A DNA stretch of 63,963 bases, counting the filler, from Stramenopiles sp. TOSAG23-2 (taxonomy: Eukaryota): the NCBI GenBank assembly GCA_900128395.1. It is 4 parts of 4 records of this genome, joined end to end, with 100 filler letters (N's around TTAATTAATTAA, not from the genome) between each part and the next. Parts side by side here need not be neighbours in the genome. Positions count along the whole stretch, not along the records: positions 33,711 to 50,397 come from LT649670.1; positions 50,498 to 63,963 come from LT649799.1; 2 more parts are not named here. The stretch is one strand, 5' to 3'. Positions 43,946 through 55,446 of the stretch are shown piece by piece (the stretch's first letter is position 1; the number at the start of each line of letters is the position of its first letter). The notes beneath the pieces were generated by a model, which saw only the letters and a program-made list of their open reading frames with translations, searched no databases and was not told where the DNA came from. The translations under genes were made by a program, and so were the position numbers.

Positions 43946-46852
43946 CTATTCTTTATGAACATCCTCCCTAGAGGCTTGAATTTGCTCCCATTTATACTTT
44001 TTTTGTGCATATGTTTTTAATTTATTCATATGCTCTTTTAATGACTTATGACGTTCAACTGGATTCTTGCTAAATGTACGTCCCATTGGCATTGGCATTG
44101 GGAACTTTTCTTTTTGCTTTATAATTTTCTTCTTTTCCTCTACTAATTGTGTGGTATACTTTACATCTTTCTTCTCTTCTTCCTTATTATTTTCTGACGT
44201 TTCCATATCGACATTATTGTTTCTATCATCATTATTACTAACATAATTATTATCATTATTAATGATATTATCAAATATTATATTAGTACCATCATTATCT
44301 GTATCCTCCACAGCAGTTAAATTCATTGCCATTTGTTTCAAACGTAACAAATGTTCTTTTACATGTTCTGCATTATTCATATCCACATTTTGGACATGAT
44401 CCAATATATTACTATCCAACGTAGTTTCAATTTGTATAGCAGAATTTATAGCATTAACAATAGATTCGGTATTATTTTTATTATTGTTATTATTACTATT
44501 GGCAAGATTATGTGTACCATTGCGCCCAACATTACTATCATTCGCACTTTCTGCATCCTCTTCAGCTAATAATGATGCTTGTAAAATATTTGCCATTTCT
44601 CGCAATTTTGATAACTGTATTTTAATTGATTGTACTTGTTGTTCATTTTCAAGTTCATCATCATCATCATAATTAATATTATTTTGTTCAGTATTATCAA
44701 TTGGTATTGGATCAAGTTCTTTATTGTTATTATTATTAGTTGACATTGATATTTTACTATTAGTAATACCACTATTAACTTTATTATTATTATTATTAGT
44801 AGTAGTAGTAGTAGTAGCCAATTTATCTTCTTCTACTTCTTTAGAATTTATTTTTTTCATTAACAACCTTTGCTCTTCAAATTGTAAATTTCTCTCTGCT
44901 TGATTCAAATTATCAAATAATTCTCTTGCATATGCAATTAAATGTTGCAATTCATTTCCACGTTGTTCAATATACTGTAAATGTACTTCCGCTTCGCTTT
45001 CTTTCCTTTGTAATAAAACGTCTCTCGTTTCAAACAACATTTTTTGTTCATCCATTTCTACTCGATGGTGTAATATTTTATTTTCCAATATTAATTGTTG
45101 CTTTTCAACATTTGCCATTCCTTGTTTATGCATCAATTGCAATTCTGTTTTTTCGTTTTTAGCAATAGCAATTTCCTTTTCTAAGGCTTCAATTTTAGAT
45201 TGCATTTCTCTCATTGTATTACCAGCATTATCTAATGCTGCCGTTGATGCTGAAAACTTTTTGATCATATCATCCATTTGACTTTGCACTTTTTTCATTT
45301 CTGGTGATAATGCATGCTTGGTCAATGACACCGATGCCGATGCTATCTTGTTATTGTCGTCGTTGTTGTTATTATTATCAGTAGTAGTATGATTGTTACT
45401 ATTCGTAGTAGATTTCTTAATGTTTTTTCGATTGCGTAATCCATCCATATTATTATTACTATTATTTATAGTAGTGTCAGTTTTTTCTTCTACCACTATT
45501 ATATTTTCAGATTCGTCAGTAGTAACATTCGCCGTGCTTGTTGTTACAGATGATTGATGGTCATTGTTATTATTGTTATCATTATTATTACTACTACTAT
45601 TTGATCTACCAGTAGTTGTTGTTGCATCGTTATTTGTTGATGTATTAGTAATGTTTACGACATCCTCGTTGGTTTCCTCCTGCAAATCGTTATTGCTATT
45701 TTCATCATTTTCTGGTATTGCTTTTCTTAATACTACAATTGTCCATAGTATACAATATATTGTCACAAGGAACTCTAATGTTGTATCATAGCTATTTACA
45801 GCTGAAACATTGCTTAAAAATTTATGCGTAAATAAAACTTTTGGATAAAGTGATCCCCATACATACATTGGACTCATCGCATATATAGCCGCAATGACGC
45901 ATCTTGAATATGTTACTTTTTTACGATATTCTTCATTATAATACCTGCCAACACCACTTAAATATTCCGTCCATTTTTTTACTATGATTATTGAACAAAT
46001 CATACGTATAATAGGTTCTTTTGCCCTGTTGATAAGGCCAGCCATGGTTAAATATCCCCATAATTTTCGTAACCAAATGATCATACGAAATACAATTGCA
46101 TTTTCACTACCTTGATTTAAATTATATGTTTTATATGTTTGAATAACACTTCTTTCGATATTTTTCCTATTGATTACTAACATATTCCTTTCTTTATCTT
46201 TTTTCGAAAAGAATCTTAAAAAATCTACAAATGGTTGGCGTGAATCAGTATCGAATGCAATATACCTGACCCCATATCCTTCATATCGATATGCAATTCC
46301 ATTTTTAAATATTGACATTGTTACTTGCTGCGTATCAATTTCAACATGAAGTAACGCAGGAGTGTTAGGTAAAGTTTTTGAACCCCAATTAATACTTTGT
46401 ACAATTCCATAACGGTGGTATTCTAAATACCACATCATCAAAAGCTTAAATGTCGTACCAGATGCTTTTGGCAACGTCAACCATTTGTCGGGAAAATTAT
46501 GATTTAGAGTCAATGTTTTTGTCTTTGTATGAAATTGTAAATTAAAATCATTAAAAGAATCTTTTTGAAATAAAGTTTCCATTTCCTTTAGAATGTTTTT
46601 ATTATTTTTCACTTTTAATAATTGGAAAGTTTGATTGGAATACAAATCGATAGAATGAAAAATTACTGTAGCTACAACATGGCACGTTAATGTAAAATAC
46701 AATAGATGTATCATAGCATCTTTAAACGTACATCGTTGGAAAAATGTTAGATTAAGCAACCTTCTGTGTTTTGTATAAAAGCTTATTTTTCCACATTGAT
46801 TCAACTCCCACCAATGACGTTGTACATGGTTTCGTATAGTAGTATATACCAT
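43946..46852 (-). CDS. Membrane protein with coiled coil and C-terminal G2BR-like helix (copy 1, complete)
   Basis: 968 aa; TM segments, Asn-rich linkers, long coiled coil; tail RTFSKNPVERHKSLKEHMNKLKTYAQKKY. Confidence 0.65.
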   Translation of the reverse strand: MVYTTIRNHVQRHWWELNQCGKISFYTKHRRLLNLTFFQRCTFKDAMIHLLYFTLTCHVVATVIFHSIDLYSNQTFQLLKVKNNKNILKEMETLFQKDSFNDFNLQFHTKTKTLTLNHNFPDKWLTLPKASGTTFKLLMMWYLEYHRYGIVQSINWGSKTLPNTPALLHVEIDTQQVTMSIFKNGIAYRYEGYGVRYIAFDTDSRQPFVDFLRFFSKKDKERNMLVINRKNIERSVIQTYKTYNLNQGSENAIVFRMIIWLRKLWGYLTMAGLINRAKEPIIRMICSIIIVKKWTEYLSGVGRYYNEEYRKKVTYSRCVIAAIYAMSPMYVWGSLYPKVLFTHKFLSNVSAVNSYDTTLEFLVTIYCILWTIVVLRKAIPENDENSNNDLQEETNEDVVNITNTSTNNDATTTTGRSNSSSNNNDNNNNNDHQSSVTTSTANVTTDESENIIVVEEKTDTTINNSNNNMDGLRNRKNIKKSTTNSNNHTTTDNNNNNDDNNKIASASVSLTKHALSPEMKKVQSQMDDMIKKFSASTAALDNAGNTMREMQSKIEALEKEIAIAKNEKTELQLMHKQGMANVEKQQLILENKILHHRVEMDEQKMLFETRDVLLQRKESEAEVHLQYIEQRGNELQHLIAYARELFDNLNQAERNLQFEEQRLLMKKINSKEVEEDKLATTTTTTNNNNNKVNSGITNSKISMSTNNNNNKELDPIPIDNTEQNNINYDDDDELENEQQVQSIKIQLSKLREMANILQASLLAEEDAESANDSNVGRNGTHNLANSNNNNNKNNTESIVNAINSAIQIETTLDSNILDHVQNVDMNNAEHVKEHLLRLKQMAMNLTAVEDTDNDGTNIIFDNIINNDNNYVSNNDDRNNNVDMETSENNKEEEKKDVKYTTQLVEEKKKIIKQKEKFPMPMPMGRTFSKNPVERHKSLKEHMNKLKTYAQKKYKWEQIQASREDVHKE

Positions 46853-49800
46853 TATTATTACTATTATTATTATAAACGTTTGTGTGGTTTCTGGTTTTAT
46901 TCTCTTCTTTTTTCAGCAATAATGATGCGCGAATATATATTGTTATGATAACGATGTTGTTATGTCCTGTATTTTTCTGGTAATTGTTTCTGTTATTGTT
47001 CTGGTAATTACTTTTGTTATTGTTCTGATTGTAAATGCATTTATACATCAATATTTGCACATTTCATTTATTCATTTTAATTTATTATTATTTATTGCAC
47101 TACTAACTATTAATACTACCTGGCCTTTTATTAAAGGTGTGGAATATAGAGCTATTGCCTGTATTGGCTGCAAAACCTATTTCTTTTGTAGTCTAAGCAT
47201 CGAAGAAACTTTGAAAAATATATAAATATTTTCCTAATATCTGTAGTCTAAGCATCGAAGAAACTTTGAAAAATATATAAATATTTTCCTAATATCTCCG
47301 TTTTTGTGGTATACTTTACATCTTTCTTCTCTTCTTCCTTATTATTTTCTGACGTTTCCATATCGACATTATTGTTTCTATCATCATTATTACTAACATA
47401 ATTATTATCATTATTAATGATATTATCAAATATTATATTAGTACCATCATTATCTGTATCCTCCACAGCAGTTAAATTCATTGCCATTTGTTTCAAACGT
47501 AACAAATGTTCTTTTACATGTTCTGCATTATTCATATCCACATTTTGGACATGATCCAATATATTACTATCCAACGTAGTTTCAATTTGTATAGCAGAAT
47601 TTATAGCATTAACAATAGATTCGGTATTATTTTTATTATTGTTATTATTACTATTGGCAAGATTATGTGTACCATTGCGCCCAACATTACTATCATTCGC
47701 ACTTTCTGCATCCTCTTCAGCTAATAATGATGCTTGTAAAATATTTGCCATTTCTCGCAATTTTGATAACTGTATTTTAATTGATTGTACTTGTTGTTCA
47801 TTTTCAAGTTCATCATCATCATCATAATTAATATTATTTTGTTCAGTATTATCAATTGGTATTGGATCAAGTTCTTTATTGTTATTATTATTAGTTGACA
47901 TTGATATTTTACTATTAGTAATACCACTATTAACTTTATTATTATTATTATTAGTAGTAGTAGTAGTAGTAGCCAATTTATCTTCTTCTTCTTCTTTAGA
48001 ATTTATTTTTTTCATTAACAACCTTTGCTCTTCAAATTGTAAATTTCTCTCTGCTTGATTCAAATTATCAAATAATTCTCTTGCATATGCAATTAAATGT
48101 TGCAATTCATTTCCACGTTGTTCAATATACTGTAAATGTACTTCCGCTTCGCTTTCTTTCCTTTGTAATAAAACGTCTCTCGTTTCAAACAACATTTTTT
48201 GTTCATCCATTTCTACTCGATGGTGTAATATTTTATTTTCCAATATTAATTGTTGCTTTTCAACATTTGCCATTCCTTGTTTATGCATCAATTGCAATTC
48301 TGTTTTTTCGTTTTTAGCAATAGCAATTTCCTTTTCTAAGGCTTCAATTTTAGATTGCATTTCTCTCATTGTATTACCAGCATTATCTAATGCTGCCGTT
48401 GATGCTGAAAACTTTTTGATCATATCATCCATTTGACTTTGCACTTTTTTCATTTCTGGTGATAATGCATGCTTGGTCAATGACACCGATGCCGATGCTA
48501 TCTTGTTATTGTCGTCGTTGTTGTTATTATTATCAGTAGTAGTATGATTGTTACTATTCGTAGTAGATTTCTTAATGTTTTTTCGATTGCGTAATCCATC
48601 CATATTATTATTACTATTATTTATAGTAGTGTCAGTTTTTTCTTCTACCACTATTATATTTTCAGATTCGTCAGTAGTAACATTCGCCGTGCTTGTTGTT
48701 ACAGATGATTGATGGTCATTGTTATTATTGTTATCATTATTATTACTACTACTATTTGATCTACCAGTAGTTGGTGTTGCATCGTTATTTGTTGATGTAT
48801 TAGTAATGTTTACGACATCCTCGTTGGTTTCCTCCTGCAAATCGTTATTGTTATTTTCATCATTTTCTGGTATTGCTTTTCTTAATACTACAATTGTCCA
48901 TAGTATACAATATATTGTCACAAGGAACTCTAATGTTGTATCATAGCTATTTACAGCTGAAACATTGCTTAAAAATTTATGCGTAAATAAAACTTTTGGA
49001 TAAAGTGATCCCCATACATACATTGGACTCATCGCATATATAGCCGCAATGACGCATCTTGAATATGTTACTTTTTTACGATATTCTTCATTATAATACC
49101 TGCCAACACCACTTAAATATTCCGTCCATTTTTTTACTATGATTATTGAACAAATCATACGTATAATAGGTTCTTTTGCCCTGTTGATAAGGCCAGCCAT
49201 GGTTAAATATCCCCATAATTTTCGTAACCAAATGATCATACGAAATACAATTGCATTTTCACTACCTTGATTTAAATTATATGTTTTATATGTTTGAATA
49301 ACACTTCTTTCGATATTTTTCCTATTGATTACTAACATATTCCTTTCTTTATCTTTTTTCGAAAAGAATCTTAAAAAATCTACAAATGGTTGGCGTGAAT
49401 CAGTATCGAATGCAATATACCTGACCCCATATCCTTCATATCGATATGCAATTCCATTTTTAAATATTGACATTGTTACTTGCTGCGTATCAATTTCAAC
49501 ATGAAGTAACGCAGGAGTGTTAGGTAAAGTTTTTGAACCCCAATTAATACTTTGTACAATTCCATAACGGTGGTATTCTAAATACCACATCATCAAAAGC
49601 TTAAATGTCGTACCAGATGCTTTTGGCAACGTCAACCATTTGTCGGGAAAATTATGATTTAGAGTCAATGTTTTTGTCTTTGTATGAAATTGTAAATTAA
49701 AATCATTAAAAGAATCTTTTTGAAATAAAGTTTCCATTTCCTTTAGAATGTTTTTATTATTTTTCACTTTTAATAATTGGAAAGTTTGATTGGAATACAA

Positions 49801-50397
49801 ATCGATAGAATGAAAAATTACTGTAGCTACAACATGGCACGTTAATGTAAAATACAATAGATGTATCATAGCATCTTTAAACGTACATCGTTGGAAAAAT
49901 GTTAGATTAAGCAACCTTCTGTGTTTTGTATAAAAGCTTATTTTTCCACATTGATTCAACTCCCACCAATGACGTTGTACATGGTTTCGTATAGTAGTAT
50001 ATACCATTATTATTACTATTATTATTATAAACGTTTGTGTGGTTTCTGGTTTTATTCTCTTCTTTTTTCAGCAATAATGATGCGCGAATATATATTGTTA
50101 TGATAACGATGTTGTTATGTCCTGTATTTTTCTGGTAATTGTTTCTGTTATTGTTCTGGTAATTACTTTTGTTATTGTTCTGATTGTAAATGCATTTATA
50201 CATCAATATTTGCACATTTCATTTATTCATTTTAATTTATTATTATTTATTGCACTACTAACTATTAATACTACCTGGCCTTTTATTAAAGGTGTGGAAT
50301 ATAGAGCTATTGCCTGTATTGGCTGCAAAACCTATTTCTTTTGTAGTCTAAGCATCGAAGAAACTTTGAAAAATATATAAATATTTTCCTAATATCT
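44148..50397. repeat. About 3.1-kb near-identical tandem duplication (period 3155)
   Basis: About 44148-47242 repeats at about 47303-50397; three amino-acid differences (S/N, T/P, V/E); extra 55-bp repeat at the junction. Confidence 0.95.
47248..50007 (-). CDS. Copy 2 of the 968-aa protein, C-terminally truncated at the duplication junction
   Basis: Nearly identical up to KDVKYTT, then reads into junction sequence. Confidence 0.45.
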   Translation of the reverse strand: MVYTTIRNHVQRHWWELNQCGKISFYTKHRRLLNLTFFQRCTFKDAMIHLLYFTLTCHVVATVIFHSIDLYSNQTFQLLKVKNNKNILKEMETLFQKDSFNDFNLQFHTKTKTLTLNHNFPDKWLTLPKASGTTFKLLMMWYLEYHRYGIVQSINWGSKTLPNTPALLHVEIDTQQVTMSIFKNGIAYRYEGYGVRYIAFDTDSRQPFVDFLRFFSKKDKERNMLVINRKNIERSVIQTYKTYNLNQGSENAIVFRMIIWLRKLWGYLTMAGLINRAKEPIIRMICSIIIVKKWTEYLSGVGRYYNEEYRKKVTYSRCVIAAIYAMSPMYVWGSLYPKVLFTHKFLSNVSAVNSYDTTLEFLVTIYCILWTIVVLRKAIPENDENNNNDLQEETNEDVVNITNTSTNNDATPTTGRSNSSSNNNDNNNNNDHQSSVTTSTANVTTDESENIIVVEEKTDTTINNSNNNMDGLRNRKNIKKSTTNSNNHTTTDNNNNNDDNNKIASASVSLTKHALSPEMKKVQSQMDDMIKKFSASTAALDNAGNTMREMQSKIEALEKEIAIAKNEKTELQLMHKQGMANVEKQQLILENKILHHRVEMDEQKMLFETRDVLLQRKESEAEVHLQYIEQRGNELQHLIAYARELFDNLNQAERNLQFEEQRLLMKKINSKEEEEDKLATTTTTTNNNNNKVNSGITNSKISMSTNNNNNKELDPIPIDNTEQNNINYDDDDELENEQQVQSIKIQLSKLREMANILQASLLAEEDAESANDSNVGRNGTHNLANSNNNNNKNNTESIVNAINSAIQIETTLDSNILDHVQNVDMNNAEHVKEHLLRLKQMAMNLTAVEDTDNDGTNIIFDNIINNDNNYVSNNDDRNNNVDMETSENNKEEEKKDVKYTTKTEILGKYLYIFQSFFDA

Positions 50398-50497
50398 NNN
50401 NNNNNNNNNNNNNNNNNNNNNNNNNNNNNNNNNNNNNNNNNTTAATTAATTAANNNNNNNNNNNNNNNNNNNNNNNNNNNNNNNNNNNNNNNNNNNN
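50398..50497. other. Artificial contig linker
   Basis: N44-TTAATTAATTAA-N44. Confidence 0.98.
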
Positions 50498-51062
50498 ATT
50501 TTGGAAAAACGTGAACCAAATTGGTAAATGTTTCATATTGTGTTGTATTATAATTCAAAATAAATTTGGGTATGATACGAGGATGTATATATATATATAT
50601 ACATTGTAATACGAAGTATATGTATATATATATACTATAAAATATGATACATGTAATGTTTTAGTTGGGGGAAATTTAGAGGCGGCTCCTTATTTCGTAC
50701 ATAATTCCAATAATAAGGAAAAAATTTCTGAAATCCGTCATACTTTTTTTAAAATATATTAAGTATAAATATTTGTATACTAATACTACTATTTTATTTG
50801 TGTAGTAAGAAGATTATGGATATATTCTACAGTCTGTACATTATACTGGATATGTGCAGCATTTATTATTATTTCACAAAAATTGTATGTGATAATCACA
50901 CATTTCATTACATATAATAATAAGAGTTATTATTCATACACACACAGTATATTGTTACACATCACCCTTTACCAATACAGACGACAACTGTCAAATACGT
51001 TCCTTCGTAATATATATTACGTATTATTTCAAAAAATAGTTATTTTTATGTAATAAAAAAGA

Positions 51063-51946
51063 ATGTATCATTTCTATGATTATATTATATTAATATTCTT
51101 ATTCATAGTACACATTAAAACGGTAAAGACAAGCACTACACTTGGCGATGATAACGATAATGATGTATCTTATATAAAACGACAAGAAGCAATGCAATTG
51201 TTTCTAAAAGGTAGAAGAGAATATTCACAATATAGAAATTATGATAAGGCAAAATTGTATTTCATACAATCATTAGAGTTAAATAGTAAAAATTCAGATG
51301 CACATATGGGATTAGGAATATTGTACAATTATATATGAATGAAATTTTAAAAAGCACCAGTAATAATCCTGATGATAGTAAGACAAACTCATCATTATCA
51401 TCGTCGCAAATGGTTATGATGGATGTGATAGAAGATCAAATGAACAGTGGTAATATTGGCGACGTGGAAATGCACCAAGTAATGGACAACACACAAAGAA
51501 TATGTTATGTTTCTCGTAATGATTCTAACAAACGTGTTGTAATAGATGAATATCAAATAATTCAAATGTTAAATCGAGATTTTAAAGATATTGCAAATAT
51601 TATGACAATAATACCATCAAATCATAATTTATTACAACAAATGTTTTTTTTTCAAACATGTACAATAGTTGTAGGTCCTCATGGTGCAGGGTTGACAAAT
51701 GTATTGTTTACCAAGTCACAATATTTTAAAGGAATGATTAATTTTCCTATGATAAGCGAAACAGAAAAAACAAGTTACTATAAACACTTAATTAGCACTT
51801 TATATGATGATAGCCGTATAATAATATTTTTAAATGAAATGAAATCGACTCGGATTGGTAATTACACTGGATTATCTTCGGACAACAAAAAAGATAAAAT
51901 TTTAATTGAAATTAAAAATAGTATCGTAAAGATTTTGGAAACATAG
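51063..51946 (+). pseudogene. Signal peptide + TPR + glycosyltransferase family 61 protein, frame broken near 51335 and probably missing its middle
   Basis: TPR (YDKAKLYFIQSLELNSKNSDAHMGLG); GT61 C-terminal motifs YVSR..KR.V, QQMFFF..VVGPHGAGLTNVLF; N-terminal half of GT61 not visible. Confidence 0.65.
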
Positions 51947-52681
51947 AAGGGGGAAGGGGGTATTCTTATTACGAATATAGGAGAGAAATGTGGAGGAAAT
52001 TAAAAAACGGATTATAATATATTAATACACGTGTAAACAATGTCTTTTTACGAGAAGATTTATTAATATGCCATATATGATATGATATGAATATAAATTT
52101 AAAAAAAGCGAGAGATATGATAAGATATTTTATTAAAAATGTAAAAATTATTCTAATTATATTAAAAATACTTCGTGGAAAATTAAAAAATCGCAAGGGG
52201 AGTTTTTTTTTTTTACGAAGGCATAAAAAGTAAAGTAAAATTACTCGTAGAAAAAGTGAGAAGAATTTTATTTATTTATTTTAAAAAATAAATAAAAAAA
52301 TAAAAAAACAATTTTTTTTTAAACGCTGTACAGCTATACTGACACATTATCATATTATTTACGATTCTTCGTATGATACATCTATAGATATAAATCATAT
52401 TTTGAAGAATATCACTCTTTTTGTTTTCATAATTTCAAGAGACACTCGCATAATATATACGACGTATTATTATTTTAAATGACCTATTTTAATATATATA
52501 TTAAATCTTTAATATATACCGGTATGATATCATATATTAATTCATATGAAAAAAACTATCACATGTATTTTTCGTGTGTATCATATAAAAATATCTTCAC
52601 GTATAATACATATATTAATACAAACCTTTCTATATATATATATATATATAATATACAAACTGATTGTATATTACACCAAAA

Positions 52682-53752
52682 TTACAATGATGATACAGCT
52701 TTAAACATAGATGTATTGCGTTGATTAATAGCAATAGTACCTTCAACCATTTCACGAATAATTTCTGAAGCTGGCAGCATTTCACTTACAGCACCTGCAC
52801 CTTGTCCCATTAAATGGGCACGGAATGCAACTAAATCAAACGTGCCTTCTTTTTGCATTCTTGCTGCATCCCATGTGCCCGGAACAATACCTTGATCGCA
52901 TAATTCTTTAATCTTATCCGCACGATTTTCATGGAAATCATCAACATATGCATTGCGTTTTACACGTAATGGGCGTCCAGAGTAAATCAATGTACGTGTA
53001 GTTGATTCAGCATTTGCGGTGATAACAGCTTTTTGATGTGCAGGAGATGCATTTGCTTCTTCTGCGCAAATAAAACGGGTACCAACCCAAACAGCACTTG
53101 CGCCGAAACCTAATGCCATATTCAAGCCACGTGAATCAACAATGCCGCCAGCAGCAACAACATAGATTGGACCACCATGCATTTTAGATGTTTTGCCTTT
53201 TACCAAATCCACAATCATTGGAATTAAAACTGCAGTGGAGATATCACCAGTGTGGCCACCACCTTCAGTACCTTGTGCACATAAGATATCAACACCAGCA
53301 TCTAAACATTTTTGAACATGCCGTGGGCTACCAATCATATTCATAACTAAAATGCCATTCTCATGCAATTTATCGATTGCCCATACAGGTGGAATACCAA
53401 CTGCACTTACAAATAAACTTGCACCAGACTCAATGATAACATCAATTAATTCAGGTAGCTGACCATGTGTGTAATCATGGTTGGTTTTTCTTGCACCACC
53501 ACCAACTTTAGGAAGCGCTAAATCTACACCAAATGGCAAATTTTTATCATTCAATTCTTCTTTCAATTGACGCAATTCCTCTTTCATGAACTTTGGCGTC
53601 CATCCAAGACCACCAACAACACCTAAACCACCAGCATTGGAAACTGCAGCTGCTAAACCAGCACCAGATACAGCGTTCATTCCTGCTAAGATAACAGGAT
53701 GATCAATTTTTAACAATTCTGTTAATGGGGTAACAATTCTTTGTTTCGACAT
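52682..53752 (-). CDS. Nitronate monooxygenase (2-nitropropane dioxygenase) family FMN enzyme
   Basis: HPVILAGM, AAVSNAGGLG, AQGTEGGGHTG, VAAGGIVD, VWVGTRF. Confidence 0.92.
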   Translation of the reverse strand: MSKQRIVTPLTELLKIDHPVILAGMNAVSGAGLAAAVSNAGGLGVVGGLGWTPKFMKEELRQLKEELNDKNLPFGVDLALPKVGGGARKTNHDYTHGQLPELIDVIIESGASLFVSAVGIPPVWAIDKLHENGILVMNMIGSPRHVQKCLDAGVDILCAQGTEGGGHTGDISTAVLIPMIVDLVKGKTSKMHGGPIYVVAAGGIVDSRGLNMALGFGASAVWVGTRFICAEEANASPAHQKAVITANAESTTRTLIYSGRPLRVKRNAYVDDFHENRADKIKELCDQGIVPGTWDAARMQKEGTFDLVAFRAHLMGQGAGAVSEMLPASEIIREMVEGTIAINQRNTSMFKAVSSL

Positions 53753-54225
53753 TTCCTTATTATAACTATTTTTGTTATATGTTATTGTTTTAATTTTTGT
53801 ATGACAATATAGTATTATATGTATGTATATATATATATATGTATATATATATATGTATATATCTTGTCTTTTCGTTATGATAATTGAAGTATATATTTAA
53901 TAGTACATTCTGTGTTTAATAAATGTGCAAAAATCTATTATTAATTTAAGCGTGCTGGCGTGCTTAAATTATTATTTTTTTTATCATCACCATTGGACGG
54001 TAAAAGCAATATGAAATTATAATAATGCTATTTAGATGCTATAGTAGTGGCACGGGCCAGCGGGCACGGAAATAAGATCGAGATCGAGAGATCCCAGAGA
54101 TGTATAGTATGAATTTAGAATATTATAATTTTAATAGGAAAATCTCATCGTTTAATCTTTAATAATTGAATTAATCTAAAAAATCTAATTATGAAAATAT
54201 GAAGATCATACACATTATTAGTATA

Positions 54226-55446
54226 TCATCGAAAGTAACTATTCTTTTCTTTTAATTCTTTTTTAATTTCATATTCAAAACATTTATATAATTCCAATTC
54301 TAATGTTTTAAAATCAGCTTCATTTAAATTTTTTTCCAACCATGATAAATCAATTAATAATTGAGCCGGACGATTTTTTAAAATATTTAATATTGATGGG
54401 AAACATCGAATATTTATACACCTATTTAACCATTGACTGACATCGACTTTATTCCATTCTCTTAATGGTTTGCCATTATAATTAGATTCAATTCTTCCTA
54501 CAACAACTTTCCTACCACTTTGTCTTTTAACTGCAATATAATTTCCATAATTTAATATACTAAAATATTCTTTTTCTTCAATTAATTTTGGATTTATCCA
54601 TTTTAATTGTTTTATGGTTTCTTGATTTAATGTGTTGCCTATATAATCACCCCATTTTGAATCATTATTAATATTAATTCGTGGTGGTGTACTACTACGT
54701 TTATGATTGATTTTAGAACCATTTTTATTTACATTTTTACTATTAGTAGTAGTATTAGTCGTATTATTATTATTATTATTACTATGTTTCTTTGATGATG
54801 TTGAACTGTTTCTACGTTTGTTTCTTTTCTTACCACCACTGCTTGAGTTTCTTCTGTTTTTTTTTCTTTTATTACTATCAGGTGTTTTACTACGTTGTTT
54901 CCTTGTTGTTTTCAATGCAACGCAATATTGTGGAATTAAATATGTAGGTAATATTCCTATTTCTCTTAGACTTGTTTTACGTGGGGCTAGACTAACATTT
55001 CGTGGAGATGAAACATTTACAAGAAAATATATATCATTTGCTAATTTTTCTCTCGGTTGGATATAAAATTTATAATATATAAAATACAAAAACAAACCCA
55101 AAACTGCAAAACTAGTTAAAAATATCGTGATAATATTTGAGACAAATATATGTTCAATTGCTTTTCTATTTGGATTAAAAAGGAATTCCTTGCAATTACA
55201 TCCAAGCGTAATTAGAGGAGATATTTACACCCAAGCATTATTGGAGTCGAAGACGTATGTGACAACAAGATTTGGAAGATATATTGCGTTAGTCATTGGA
55301 AATTTGAAAATTTGAAAATTTATACTTACTTTTAAAATGAAGCCAGATAACGTACCTGCAAAAACTTTCCCACACCATTCTACGAAATGTATTGGTTGTG
55401 GTTTTTGCAATAACGTCGATGTTTGATTCTCTTTATGATGATCCAT
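54226..55446 (-). CDS. Hypothetical membrane protein with SAM-like C-terminus; two exons (55446-55330, 55188-54226)
   Basis: 141-nt intron 55329-55189 (GTAAGT...GACTAAC...AAG) removes an in-frame TAA; TM helix; PLREWNKVDVSQWL resembles a SAM N-terminal motif. Confidence 0.6.

Noticed and set aside
47115-47242. U5 loop-like GCCTTTTATT and Kolobok-like TTAAAGG end
   Set aside because: U5 loop and stem are imperfect; no partner terminus visible for a transposon
16793-50497. Three identical TTAATTAATTAA palindromes spaced about 16.8 kb apart
   Set aside because: Artificial six-frame-stop linkers; the spacing reflects similar-sized contigs, apparently sorted by length
55225-55227. In-frame TAA suggesting readthrough or a variant code
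   Set aside because: Lies inside a plausible 141-nt GT-AG intron; TAA, TAG and TGA all end other genes normally
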